64,000 bases of DNA. Origin: Deltaproteobacteria bacterium (GTDB lineage Bacteria; Myxococcota; Kuafuiibacteriia; Kuafuiibacteriales; Kuafuiibacteriaceae). Of this stretch, positions 1-9,087 are shown piece after piece. The position numbers and the translations under genes were made by a program. The DNA is taken from contig JAVJQW010000057.1 in NCBI GenBank assembly GCA_040218735.1, forward strand, positions 256,001-320,000, given 5' to 3'. Position 1 is the first letter of the stretch, and every line of letters starts with the position of its first letter. The notes beneath the pieces were generated by a model. It made no database searches and had not been told where the DNA came from. It saw only the letters and a program-made list of their open reading frames with translations.

Positions 1-1217
1 GAGTCCATCCCGTGCACCTGGAGGCCGCCGCCGAACCCGAGCCCCCAGAAGTCGACGTCGAGCTCGGACCAACGCGGGAACACACGACCGCCATCGACGA
101 AGAGGAACGCGTCGAAGTGCGCGGACAGGGGGTAGCGGTACTCGACGCTGCCCAACACGACGTTCTGATCGCGGAAGCGGTCACGGCGGTAACCGCGCAA
201 CAGCTCGGGGCCGCCGAGGCGCGGCAGGTCGATCGTCGGCACGTCGTCCGCGCCGAACACCCCTTCGGTGTAGACGCGGAGCACGAGCACGCGGGTGCCG
301 TACGCGACGTCGATCAGGTACTGCGCGTCGGCCGAGTAGCGGAAGTACTGCGTCGGCGCGTCGGACGTGACCTGCGTGGCGCCGAAGGTCCCCGACACGT
401 ACAGGCCCTCGCTCGGCGTCGCCGCCGGCACGAGCTCCGCCGGGCGACGGGAGTCGTAGGTGAAGCGCAGCTCCTCGTAGAACAGGTCGACCTGCGGACG
501 GAACGCGGCGAGGTCGGCGTTCGGGTTGTCGATGGAGTTGCGGACGTCGGAGCGCGAGTACACGCCGGAACCGGTGAACGCGAGGCGGTCGGTGGGCCTT
601 ACGACGAACCCCGCGCGGCCGAGGGAGCGCCGACGTTGGATGCGAATCAGGTCCGAGCCAGGTGTCGGGCCCAGACCGAAGAACCGCTCGTTCGGAAGGT
701 CTTCGTAGGCGCCCTCCGCGACGAACGCGAAGTGGCGACCGAGGAGCGTCCCGGTGTCGAGGTCGGCGCCGTAGCTCTGGCGAAAGCGGCCGCCGTAGCC
801 GGCGCGCGCGCCGAGGTGCGCGTTCTCGTCGAACACGTTGCGCAGCTCGGCCCGAGCGCCGACGTTCAAGCCGAAGCCCGTCTCGACGAACGCCGTCGGG
901 TACACGCCGAACGTGCGGCTGTCGTTGTAGAACAGGTCGACGAGGAACCCGGGCACGTCGTTCTTCTCGAGCACGTAGATCGCCTGCCCGAGCGGCCACA
1001 GCACGGCGTTCGACGCGACGCGCGGCAGGAACAGGACCCCCTGGAGCACACGACGACCGGGGGACACCGATTCGTCGGGCTCGACGCGATAGGTCGTCGC
1101 GGCGTCGGGCGCGGCCGTACCGACCGTTGCGGTCTGCGTACTGCCCGCGAGCCCGGCGCCGCCCGTGACCGTCGCGGACAGGACGAGCGGGAGGAGTGGA
1201 AGCGCGTTGGGGGGCAT
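1..1217 (-). CDS. Omp85/BamA-TamA family outer-membrane beta-barrel protein (3' end runs off window)
   Basis: Manual translation from ATG 1217: MPPNALPLLPLVLSATV...; no stop to the window edge. Contains LGGPELLRGYRDRFRD (VRGF/Y-like lid loop), VEYRYPL, FLFVDGGRVF and GLGFGGGLQV, typical of the Omp85 barrel C-terminus. Not in the ORF track; 12..1448(+) is its shadow. Confidence 0.8.
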   Translation of the reverse strand, partial: MPPNALPLLPLVLSATVTGGAGLAGSTQTATVGTAAPDAATTYRVEPDESVSPGRRVLQGVLFLPRVASNAVLWPLGQAIYVLEKNDVPGFLVDLFYNDSRTFGVYPTAFVETGFGLNVGARAELRNVFDENAHLGARAGYGGRFRQSYGADLDTGTLLGRHFAFVAEGAYEDLPNERFFGLGPTPGSDLIRIQRRRSLGRAGFVVRPTDRLAFTGSGVYSRSDVRNSIDNPNADLAAFRPQVDLFYEELRFTYDSRRPAELVPAATPSEGLYVSGTFGATQVTSDAPTQYFRYSADAQYLIDVAYGTRVLVLRVYTEGVFGADDVPTIDLPRLGGPELLRGYRRDRFRDQNVVLGSVEYRYPLSAHFDAFLFVDGGRVFPRWSELDVDFWGLGFGGGLQVHGMD

Positions 1218-1232
1218 CGGGCGAAACCGAAT

Positions 1233-1248
1233 TGCAACGCGCGTACCG
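1233..1248 (-). promoter_or_regulatory. putative sigma54 -24/-12 promoter of the Omp85 gene
   Basis: Minus strand CGGTACG-CGCG-TTGCA (GG-N10-GC), 15 nt upstream of ATG 1217. Confidence 0.55.
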
Positions 1249-1368
1249 CCGCCGCGAATCGTGCGGCGCTGCGGCGAACCGGTCGGGATACGCGGCACCG
1301 TGCCACGAGCGCGACCCGTGCTGAGGCATCCTGTCTCGCCGCGCGCCCCGGCGAGGCCGGCTTCGGCG

Positions 1369-1384
1369 CGGCACGTCCCCTGCA
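1369..1384 (+). promoter_or_regulatory. putative sigma54 -24/-12 promoter of the translocase operon
   Basis: CGGCACG-TCCC-CTGCA (GG-N10-GC), 12 nt upstream of GTG 1397. Confidence 0.55.
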
Positions 1385-1396
1385 CTCGTCGAGCGG

Positions 1397-3994
1397 GTGC
1401 GCGGACAACGGACGACCACCACGATCGCGCAGGTCGCCCTCGGACTGATCATGGCCGCGCACCAGGCCTCCGAGACCGCGCGCGACGCGTTGTTCCTCGC
1501 CAAGCTCGGACCGACCGAGCTCCCGACCGTCTATCTGATCCTCGCCGCAATCGGGATCCCGGTCGCGATGCTCCCGCACACGAAGCGACGCCCGCTCACC
1601 GCGGGGCTCCTCTGGCTCTTCGCGCCGATCACCGTGTCGTTCGCGTGGACGATCACGATGAGCCCGCACGCCTCGCGCGCGCTCTACGTCTGGACCGGCC
1701 TGTCGACGACCATCGTCGTCACGTTCTTCTGGCGCTCCCTCGCCGACCGCTACGACATCCCGCACGCGAAGTCTGCGTTCCCGCGCATCGCGCTCGGCGG
1801 CATCGTCGGCGCCGCGCTCGGCGCGCTCGGCGCCCGCGGGCTCGTCGAGTACTTCGACACACGCTTCCTGCTCGCCGGCGCCGGGGTGCTGTGGGCGATC
1901 GCCGGCGGCGTCACCTGGTGGCTGCAGCGACGCCTCGGGGAGCGCACCGACGCCGCGCGCGACGCCGACGACGAACCACGCCCGAGGAGCCGCCTCGACG
2001 ACCTCCGGCAGGCGTTCGGATCGAAGTACGTGCGGAGCGTGGGGGTGCTGCTCGTCATCGCCTCGATGACGTTCACGAGCCTCGACTACACGTTCAAGGC
2101 GGTCGTCGCGAACCAGGTCGACGTCGCGAAGCTCGCCAGCTCGTTCGCGACGTTCTACCTCGTGCTGAACGTCGTCGCGCTCGTGACCCAAGTGGTCCTC
2201 GCGAAGCGTGTGCTCCACCGCATCGGCCTCGGCACGCTCGTGCTCTTCCTTCCCAGCCTGATCGTCCTCGGCTCCGTCGGCGTGATCATCGGCGGCGGCG
2301 CGATCGCCGCCCTCGCCCTGAAGGGCATCGACGGCAGCCTGCGCCACTCACTCCACCGCACGTCGACCGAGCTGCTGTTCGTTCCGATGTCCTCGAACGA
2401 CCGCTCCGTCACCAAGCCGATCTTCGACATCGTCGGCAAACGCGGCGGCCAAGCGCTCGGGTCGCTGCTCATCCTGGCCTTCCTGCTGATCTCGAAGGAC
2501 ACCACCGTGTTCGCTTCGATCACCGCGGGCCTCGCCGCGATCTGGTTCGCCGGCGGCGTCCTCGTGCGCAAGCGCTACCTCGATGTCTTCCGCTCCGCGC
2601 TACGCGACCGCGCCGCGTTCCCCGCGGACCTCCCGGAGCTCGGGCTGACCGAGCTGTCGACGATGTTGGAGGCGCTCAACAGCGACGCCGAGGGCGAAGT
2701 CATCGGCGCGATCGACGTCCTCGAAGCGCACGGACAGATCGCGACCGTGCCCGACCTCATCCTCTATCACCCGTCGCCCGAGGTCCTGATCCGCGCGCTG
2801 ACCGCGTTCCGCGCGCAGGGGCGACGCCGCGTTCGTCGCCTCGCGGTGCGCCTCCTCGGCCACGAACGCGCCGACGTCCGCGCCGAGGCCCTCCTCACGC
2901 TCGCCGCGATGTCCGAGGCTGCGCCGCACCTCGAACGCGCGCGCGCCGACGTCGACCCGGTGGTCCGCGGCATCGCGACGGCGCTCACCTGGACCCCCGA
3001 CGAGGTCGAGTGGTTCGAAGTCTTCGACGGAAGGACCACCCCCGAGACCCGCGCGGTGCAGGTCGGCGTCGCGCGCGCGTTCCGCTACCTGCAGGATTCG
3101 ATTCGCGATCGTCTGACCGTCGAGCACTTCGAAGCCGCGTCGGCGGAAGCCCAACGTGCGCTCGCGGAGGCGCTCGCCGAGCGACCCAAGACACGCGACG
3201 TCCCAATCCACATCGCATCACTCGCGTTCCGCGGACCGCGTGAGCACGCCCGTGCGGCGCTCGTCGCGATCGGCCAGCCCGCGCTCGACGCCTGCATCGA
3301 AGCGCTCCGCGCGAGCGACACCGATCTGTCGATCCGCGTGCACCTCCCCCGCACGCTCAGCCTGTTCGACCCGGTGAAGGTCGCGCCGATCCTCGCCACC
3401 AGCATCGTCGACGAGACCGACGAGCTCGTCCGCCACAAAGCCCTGCGCGGCCTCGGTCGACTGGTCGTGACGCACCCCGGCCTCCCGCTCCACGAAGACC
3501 GCCTCGTCGCGGCCTGCGAGCGCGAGCTGCGCTGGACGTTCCGCATGATCGCGGTTCGACGGGTGCTCGAGACCATCGACGACGTCCCGCCAACGACCAC
3601 CGCGATCCACGAAGCCCTCCTCGCGCTCCTCGCGGAGTCCGAGCGACGCGGCATCGAGCACATCTTCCGCCTGCTCCACCTCATGAACCCGGAGCCGGAC
3701 CTCGAGACCATGTTCCACAGCGTCATGAGCGCCGACGACCGACAGCGCATCGGCGCGCGCGAGCTGCTGACCGACCTCGTCGAGCTGCGGTTCCGCGCCG
3801 CGGTCCTCGCACTGGTGTCCGACGACGACGACGACATCCGACTCGAAGCCGGCGCCGAGTGGCTCGGACGTCCGGTGCACGATCTGAGCGACGCCCTCGA
3901 CGAGCTCGCGGGCGTCCGAGGCCCGCTGGAGCAGGCCGCGTCGCGGTACCGTGAGGTGCTCGACGCAACGCTCCGCCAACCGGAGGTCGCATGA
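1397..3994 (+). CDS. NTT/TLC (Npt1-like) nucleotide translocase MFS domain fused to HEAT/ARM repeats
   Basis: N-terminal ~410 aa with about 11-12 hydrophobic helices and motifs ETARDALFL, FFWRSLADRY..AKSAFPRI, LDYTFK, DGSLRHSLHRTSTELLFVP; C-terminal helical repeats (LYHPSPEV, LLGHERADVRAEAL, DELVRHKALRGL). Confidence 0.8.
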   Translation: MRGQRTTTTIAQVALGLIMAAHQASETARDALFLAKLGPTELPTVYLILAAIGIPVAMLPHTKRRPLTAGLLWLFAPITVSFAWTITMSPHASRALYVWTGLSTTIVVTFFWRSLADRYDIPHAKSAFPRIALGGIVGAALGALGARGLVEYFDTRFLLAGAGVLWAIAGGVTWWLQRRLGERTDAARDADDEPRPRSRLDDLRQAFGSKYVRSVGVLLVIASMTFTSLDYTFKAVVANQVDVAKLASSFATFYLVLNVVALVTQVVLAKRVLHRIGLGTLVLFLPSLIVLGSVGVIIGGGAIAALALKGIDGSLRHSLHRTSTELLFVPMSSNDRSVTKPIFDIVGKRGGQALGSLLILAFLLISKDTTVFASITAGLAAIWFAGGVLVRKRYLDVFRSALRDRAAFPADLPELGLTELSTMLEALNSDAEGEVIGAIDVLEAHGQIATVPDLILYHPSPEVLIRALTAFRAQGRRRVRRLAVRLLGHERADVRAEALLTLAAMSEAAPHLERARADVDPVVRGIATALTWTPDEVEWFEVFDGRTTPETRAVQVGVARAFRYLQDSIRDRLTVEHFEAASAEAQRALAEALAERPKTRDVPIHIASLAFRGPREHARAALVAIGQPALDACIEALRASDTDLSIRVHLPRTLSLFDPVKVAPILATSIVDETDELVRHKALRGLGRLVVTHPGLPLHEDRLVAACERELRWTFRMIAVRRVLETIDDVPPTTTAIHEALLALLAESERRGIEHIFRLLHLMNPEPDLETMFHSVMSADDRQRIGARELLTDLVELRFRAAVLALVSDDDDDIRLEAGAEWLGRPVHDLSDALDELAGVRGPLEQAASRYREVLDATLRQPEVA

Positions 3995-4959
3995 AACGAA
4001 AGAAACATCGCCCGCGCGCGTACCGCGTCTCGCCCCAGGAACGGATGACCCACCTGCGCAGCGCCCCCTTCTTCCGCGCGCTCCCGACTCGCGATCTCGT
4101 GCCGTTCGCGGAGCTGGCCTCCGAGCGATCACACCGACGCGGCACCGCGATCGTCGAACGGTCGACCGCGCCCCGTGGCTTCCACGTCTTGGTCGAAGGG
4201 GAAGCCGTGATGCGCCGACGCCGCCTCACCGTGCGTCGCGTGGGTGCGGGGTGCCCGATCGGATTGTTGGCGCTCCTCGCGCGCGAAGAGCGCGACACGG
4301 AGGTCGTCGCGGTCACGCCCGCCCTCACCCTCTCCCTCGACGCTGCGGTGTTCTTCGGCCTGCTCGAAGAACGCTTCGACGCGTTCCTCCACGTCCTCCG
4401 TGCGACCGCGTCTCAGCTCGTCTACGAGCGCAACGTCGTCGGCCTCGCGCGTGCGCTGCGCGCGAGTCGTTCGCGCACGAACCGCGGCGTGGACGCCGAC
4501 GACGCGGTCGATCGTTTCATCGGCCTCAGGCGCGCCGCGCCCTTCGGCGACGACGGCCTCTTCGGGCTGTGGCACCTCGCGCGACGCGCACGCACCGTGA
4601 CCTTCGAGCGGGGCGATCGTCTCATCGCCGAGGGGGAGCCGGCGCGAACGCTCTTCGTCCTCACGGACGGCGACGTCGAGATCGACCGTGACGGCCGCGG
4701 GCTCGCGACGCTCGGCGCGCAGGACACGTTGAGCGCCGTCGAGCTGCTCGCGCAGGAGCCGCGTGCGTACGGCGCGGTCGCCAACACGAGCGGCGCGGCG
4801 ATCGTGGTGGACCGCGAAGAGTTGTTCGACGTGTTCGAGGATCATTTCGAGCTCGGGACGAGCTTCCTCGCGCGAATCTCGCGGGCGGTGCTGGACTTGA
4901 TGGAGGCGCGCGCCCGGCGCGAGGAAGAGCTACCGAGCGGCTTCGATCGACTGAGCTGA
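3991..4959 (+). CDS. tandem cyclic-nucleotide-binding (cNMP/Crp-like) domain protein without HTH
   Basis: Two cNMP-like folds (GFHVLVEGEAV; FERGDRLIAEGEPARTLFVLTDGDVEI...EPRAYGAVA); ATGA overlap with the translocase stop. Confidence 0.8.
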   Translation: MKRKKHRPRAYRVSPQERMTHLRSAPFFRALPTRDLVPFAELASERSHRRGTAIVERSTAPRGFHVLVEGEAVMRRRRLTVRRVGAGCPIGLLALLAREERDTEVVAVTPALTLSLDAAVFFGLLEERFDAFLHVLRATASQLVYERNVVGLARALRASRSRTNRGVDADDAVDRFIGLRRAAPFGDDGLFGLWHLARRARTVTFERGDRLIAEGEPARTLFVLTDGDVEIDRDGRGLATLGAQDTLSAVELLAQEPRAYGAVANTSGAAIVVDREELFDVFEDHFELGTSFLARISRAVLDLMEARARREEELPSGFDRLS

Positions 4960-4961
4960 CT

Positions 4962-5987
4962 TCAGAGCGTCTCGAGCAGTTTTGCGAAGCGGATCCGAAC
5001 GTCCTGAATCTCCTGCTTCGTGAGACCGAGCTGCACGACCCCCTCACCGCGACGAATCCCCGCGTCGGACTCGAGCGGCGGGAACCGATCTCCGAGCGGA
5101 CGCGGAACCTCGGTCACGACCCAGGCGTCCCCCTGTCGACGGAGGACCGCGACGGTGGCGAGGCGATCGAACTCGACCGGGTCGACGCGGAGGAGCTGCT
5201 CGTGCACCGGCCCGGGGAGCGACGGGATGACCGGCTTCGCCCAGTCGCGGTCCTTGTCGAACCAGCGCACGAGGGGGTTGAAGAGCCCGCTGAACGCGAA
5301 GCCGTTGTCGATCAGGAAGACGCGCTTGGGGGCCTTGGCGTCGTCCACCAGGACGTTGCGGGAGTGGGAGTCACCGTGGGCGATGACGTTCGCGAGCACG
5401 TTCAGGCGAGCCACGGCGACGCGGTAGCTCGGATCCTCGGCGTAGCGCTGGGGGTCCCAGAGCTCCTCGACGGACTCCGCGTTGTAGATCCACGGCGTCA
5501 CCAGCCCGGCGACGCAGGCGTCGTCCTCGAAGGTCGCCTCCGCGTCGGCGAGCAGCTGGGGGTAACGGTCGCGCGACAGACAGAGCACCGTGGAGTGCGG
5601 CACGACCTCCTGACTCTCGCCGAACAACATGTCCGCGGTCGCCGCCGCCGCGAGCTCGCGACGCGGGCTGTTGTTGAACGCGTCGGCGAAGTCGGGCGCG
5701 ACGGTGCGCCATTTGAACAACACGCGCACACGCGGTTCGCGCTCGAAGCGCGCGAGCACCTTCTTCGCCGGCGTGGTGCCCGGGACGGGGACGGACTCGA
5801 GGACTTCGAACGGTTCCGTGGCGAGGCGCGCCACGAGGTCGGTCCCCGGTACGCAGACCTCGTCGGACTCGACGCCGCCACCGCAGACGGCCTCTGGGCC
5901 CGATGGTGTCCGCGTCATGGGCCGATTGGGGTTCCTCGAACAGCCGGCGAGGAACAGGACGACGAGAAGGCAGGTCGCGCGATTCAT
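4962..5987 (-). CDS. lipoprotein with atypical kinase domain (PI3/PI4-kinase, HipA or Fam20-like)
   Basis: Start re-called at MNRATCLLVVLFLAGC (lipobox LAGC); VLFKWR (beta3 Lys), PRRELAA (alphaC Glu), HGDSHSRNVLV (DxHxxN), VFLIDNGFAF (DFG equivalent). Confidence 0.7.
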   Translation of the reverse strand: MNRATCLLVVLFLAGCSRNPNRPMTRTPSGPEAVCGGGVESDEVCVPGTDLVARLATEPFEVLESVPVPGTTPAKKVLARFEREPRVRVLFKWRTVAPDFADAFNNSPRRELAAAATADMLFGESQEVVPHSTVLCLSRDRYPQLLADAEATFEDDACVAGLVTPWIYNAESVEELWDPQRYAEDPSYRVAVARLNVLANVIAHGDSHSRNVLVDDAKAPKRVFLIDNGFAFSGLFNPLVRWFDKDRDWAKPVIPSLPGPVHEQLLRVDPVEFDRLATVAVLRRQGDAWVVTEVPRPLGDRFPPLESDAGIRRGEGVVQLGLTKQEIQDVRIRFAKLLETL

Positions 5988-5999
5988 GAGCGCTGACGA

Positions 6000-6015
6000 T
6001 GCAGGATGTTTGCCA
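6000..6015 (-). promoter_or_regulatory. putative sigma54 -24/-12 promoter of the kinase lipoprotein
   Basis: Minus strand TGGCAAA-CATC-CTGCA (GG-N10-GC), 12 nt upstream of ATG 5987. Confidence 0.55.
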
Positions 6016-6113
6016 GCGCCGGCTCGCGCGCTTCGTCCGACGCGGCGTGGCCAACTGCCACAGGTCGGCGAAGTCGCCCCGCCCGAACACACGGAGACAC
6101 GTCGGGTCACGCC

Positions 6114-6129
6114 TGGAACCCGAGTTGCA
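6114..6129 (+). promoter_or_regulatory. putative sigma54 -24/-12 promoter of ppx/gppA
   Basis: TGGAACC-CGAG-TTGCA (GG-N10-GC), 13 nt upstream of GTG 6143. Confidence 0.55.
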
Positions 6130-6142
6130 TCGACCGGACCTC

Positions 6143-7711
6143 GTGCGCATCGCAGCCATCGACATCGGGTCGAACTCCGTCCACATGATCGCCGCCGACG
6201 CTCGCGCCGCCGGCGGCCTCGACCTGATCGACAAAGCGAAGGACTTCGTACGGCTCGGCGACGGGGTCTTCGAGACCGGCTTGCTGCGCGAGGACCGCGT
6301 CGAAGCCGCCGTCCAGGCAATCGACGGCTACGCACGCATCGCGCGCTCGATCGGCGCCGAGCGCGTCGTCACCGTCGCGACCAGCGCGACGCGCGACGCC
6401 GAGAACGGCGAGGACTTCGTGCGCCGACTCCGCGACCGCACCGGCGTCGACGCGCGCGTCATCTCCGGCGAGGAGGAGGCGCGCCTGATCTACCTCGCGG
6501 TGCTCCAGAAGATCGATCTGCACGGCAAGCGCGCGCTGGTCGTGGACGTCGGCGGCGGCAGCGTGGAGCTCTCGCTCGGCACGGGCGAACAGATCGCGAT
6601 GGCCGAGAGCCTCGACCTCGGCGTCCGCCGCCTCCGCGATACCGTCGGCGCCCCCGGGAAGCTCGACGGCGAAACGATCGAGCGCGTGCGTCGGCACGTC
6701 GAGCGGACGGCGGAGTCGATCGTCGATCGCGTCCACGAACACGGCGTCGACCTCCTCGTCGGCACCTCCGGCACGCTGAAGACCCTCGGCGAGCTCACGG
6801 TGCACCCCGACGCCGGGTGGAAGACGATCAACTCCGAGTCGACCTCCCTGGAGGACCTCGAAGCGATCACCAAGAGGCTCGTGAAGCAGACGCCGGACGA
6901 GCGCGTCGAGAAGTCGGGCGTGGAGCGGCGCCGCGCGGACACCATCCACCTCGGCGCGCTGCTCATCACCACGTTGATGAAGCGCCTCGGGATGGACGCG
7001 ATCACCTTCTCCGACGCTTCGCTCCGCGAGGGTGTCATCCAAGATCACCTCCGAGCGAGTGAAGCCGCCGCCGGGCGAGCGCTGACCGGTTCGCTGCAGC
7101 GCCGCTCGGTGTTCGAGCTGGGGCGCCGCTACGGCGCGGACGGCCCTCGCGCTCGCCACGTCCGAACCCTCGCGCTCGAGCTGTTCGATCGCACCCGCGA
7201 ACTTCATCAGCTCGACGAGGACGATCGGCGCTTCCTGGAGTACGCGTCCGAGCTGCACCGCGTCGGCCACTTCGTGAGCTACCGCCGCAACCACAAACAC
7301 GCGCGTTACCTGATTCGACACGCGAGAATGCCGGGCTTCACGAACGACGAAGTGCGCTTCCTCGCCCTCCTCGTCCGCTACCACCGTAAGGCGAAGCCGA
7401 AGAAGAAACACAAGCGCTACAAGAAGCTCTCGAAGTCACGGCGCCGCGCGATTCGCGTCCTCGCCGGGCTCCTGCGCGTCGCGATCGCACTCGACCGCAA
7501 GGGGGGCCAGACCGTCACGTCGGCGTTGGTGGAGGTGCACGACGACCGCGTCGAGATCTACGCGTCGGGGGAGAGTGTGTTGGACGAGGTGCGCGCCGCG
7601 CGCTCGGAGCGCGCGCTGCTCGAGCGCTCGTTGGATCGCGAAGTCGTGATTCAGTCCGGGGTCGACGAGGCTTCGTCGATGCCCCACTTGTCGAGCCCGC
7701 GTTCTTCCTGA
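6143..7711 (+). CDS. ppx: Ppx/GppA family exopolyphosphatase / pppGpp phosphohydrolase with HD-like C-terminal domain
   Basis: RIAAIDIGSNSVH, VATSATRDAENG, ISGEEEARL, DVGGGSVEL, SLREGVI, ASELHRVG; start moved to GTG 6143. Confidence 0.92.
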   Translation: MRIAAIDIGSNSVHMIAADARAAGGLDLIDKAKDFVRLGDGVFETGLLREDRVEAAVQAIDGYARIARSIGAERVVTVATSATRDAENGEDFVRRLRDRTGVDARVISGEEEARLIYLAVLQKIDLHGKRALVVDVGGGSVELSLGTGEQIAMAESLDLGVRRLRDTVGAPGKLDGETIERVRRHVERTAESIVDRVHEHGVDLLVGTSGTLKTLGELTVHPDAGWKTINSESTSLEDLEAITKRLVKQTPDERVEKSGVERRRADTIHLGALLITTLMKRLGMDAITFSDASLREGVIQDHLRASEAAAGRALTGSLQRRSVFELGRRYGADGPRARHVRTLALELFDRTRELHQLDEDDRRFLEYASELHRVGHFVSYRRNHKHARYLIRHARMPGFTNDEVRFLALLVRYHRKAKPKKKHKRYKKLSKSRRRAIRVLAGLLRVAIALDRKGGQTVTSALVEVHDDRVEIYASGESVLDEVRAARSERALLERSLDREVVIQSGVDEASSMPHLSSPRSS

Positions 7712-9084
7712 GTGCCGGGGATCGTGTTGTCGAGGACGACCGCGATCAGCGCGCCGACACCCATGCCCGTCTTACCGAGCGCGTTGAGGATGTCCGAGAG
7801 CCACACGAACGAAGCCCCGAGGTCGATCGCGTTCGCCTCGTTCGCGAAGTACTCCGGCACCGACAGCCCCATGAAGAACGCGAAGCCGATGATGAAGAGG
7901 TTGCGCGCCGAGTTGAGGTCGACGAACTGCAGGTTCGACAGGCCAACCCCGGCGATCATCCCGAACATCGCGCAGTACATCCCGCCGACCACCGGCTGCG
8001 GGATGGTCGTGAACAGCGCACCGAACTTCCCGAACGCACCGAGCACGAGCATGATCGTCGCGCCCATCTGGACGACGCGCCGACTACCGACGCGCGTCAG
8101 ACCGATCGCGCCGATGTTCTCGCTGTAGGAGGTCGTACCGTTACCGGTGCCGAAGACGCCGGCGATCAAACACCCGACACCCTCCATCCCGATGCCGCGG
8201 TTGATCGTCTTCTTCGTCGGCGTCGGAGCGCCGGAGAGGCGCGCCGCCGCGAAGTAGTCACCGATCGACTCGACCATCGACGCGACGTACCCCGCGATCA
8301 TCCCGATCGCCGCCGCGACGCCGAACTTCGGCGTCCCCCACTGGAACGGGTACGGCACCCGGAACCACGGCGCAGACGCGAGCACGTCCGTCTTCACGTG
8401 CGCAGGGTGCCCCTCCGGGAACACGCCTGTGAACGTGAGCAACGCCGACGTCCCCCACGCGAGCAGGATCGCGAGCAGGATGGGGAACAGCTCGAAGACC
8501 CGGTGCGACCGTCGCAGGTACTGCGAGAAGAGGATGATGAGCCCGATCGTCAGCCCGCCGATCCCCCAGTGCGAGCCCGCGATCGGCGCGCCGAACTTGA
8601 ACAGCGCCAGACCGATCAACGCGATCGTGGGAGCGATCGTCACGGGCCCGACGAACCGAAGCATCGCCCCGACCAACCCGGTGTAGCCGACGATGATCTC
8701 GAAGACCGCACCGATGATGATCGCGCCCTGCACGTGCTGGAGGCGCGTCTCGTACCCGGCCGACGCGAGCGCGGCCATGCCGCAGATCGCAAACGTCGGC
8801 GCGAAGAACGAGAACGTGCCGCCCTGCACGATCGGGAGCCGATTCCCGAACGTCGTCTGCATCAGCGTGGTGATCCCGCTGATGAAGAACATGGTGCCGA
8901 TCAACAGACCGAGCTCGACCGGCTTGTCCTTCAGCCCGAGGGGCTCCGCGAGGATCAACGGGATGGCCACCGTCGACCCGAACATCGTCAGGTAGTGCTG
9001 GAAGCCGAGGGTGATCGACTCCGCCAACGGAGGGACGTCGTCGATGCCGTACAGGATGTCGGGTTTGGTGGGGCGGTTGGCCAT
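7651..9084 (-). CDS. NAT/NCS2 nucleobase (uracil/xanthine) permease, SLC23-like
   Basis: LGFQHYLTMFG, ESIGDY, TTSYSENIGAIGLTRVGSRRV signature; many TM helices. Confidence 0.92.
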   Translation of the reverse strand: MANRPTKPDILYGIDDVPPLAESITLGFQHYLTMFGSTVAIPLILAEPLGLKDKPVELGLLIGTMFFISGITTLMQTTFGNRLPIVQGGTFSFFAPTFAICGMAALASAGYETRLQHVQGAIIIGAVFEIIVGYTGLVGAMLRFVGPVTIAPTIALIGLALFKFGAPIAGSHWGIGGLTIGLIILFSQYLRRSHRVFELFPILLAILLAWGTSALLTFTGVFPEGHPAHVKTDVLASAPWFRVPYPFQWGTPKFGVAAAIGMIAGYVASMVESIGDYFAAARLSGAPTPTKKTINRGIGMEGVGCLIAGVFGTGNGTTSYSENIGAIGLTRVGSRRVVQMGATIMLVLGAFGKFGALFTTIPQPVVGGMYCAMFGMIAGVGLSNLQFVDLNSARNLFIIGFAFFMGLSVPEYFANEANAIDLGASFVWLSDILNALGKTGMGVGALIAVVLDNTIPGTQEERGLDKWGIDEASSTPD

Positions 9085-9087
9085 GAC

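Noticed and set aside
12-1448. 478-aa plus-strand ORF
   Set aside because: Antisense shadow of the Omp85 gene on the minus strand; it has no motifs of its own.
4962-5987. HipA toxin-antitoxin module
   Set aside because: No HipB-like HTH gene is adjacent, and the kinase has a lipoprotein signal.
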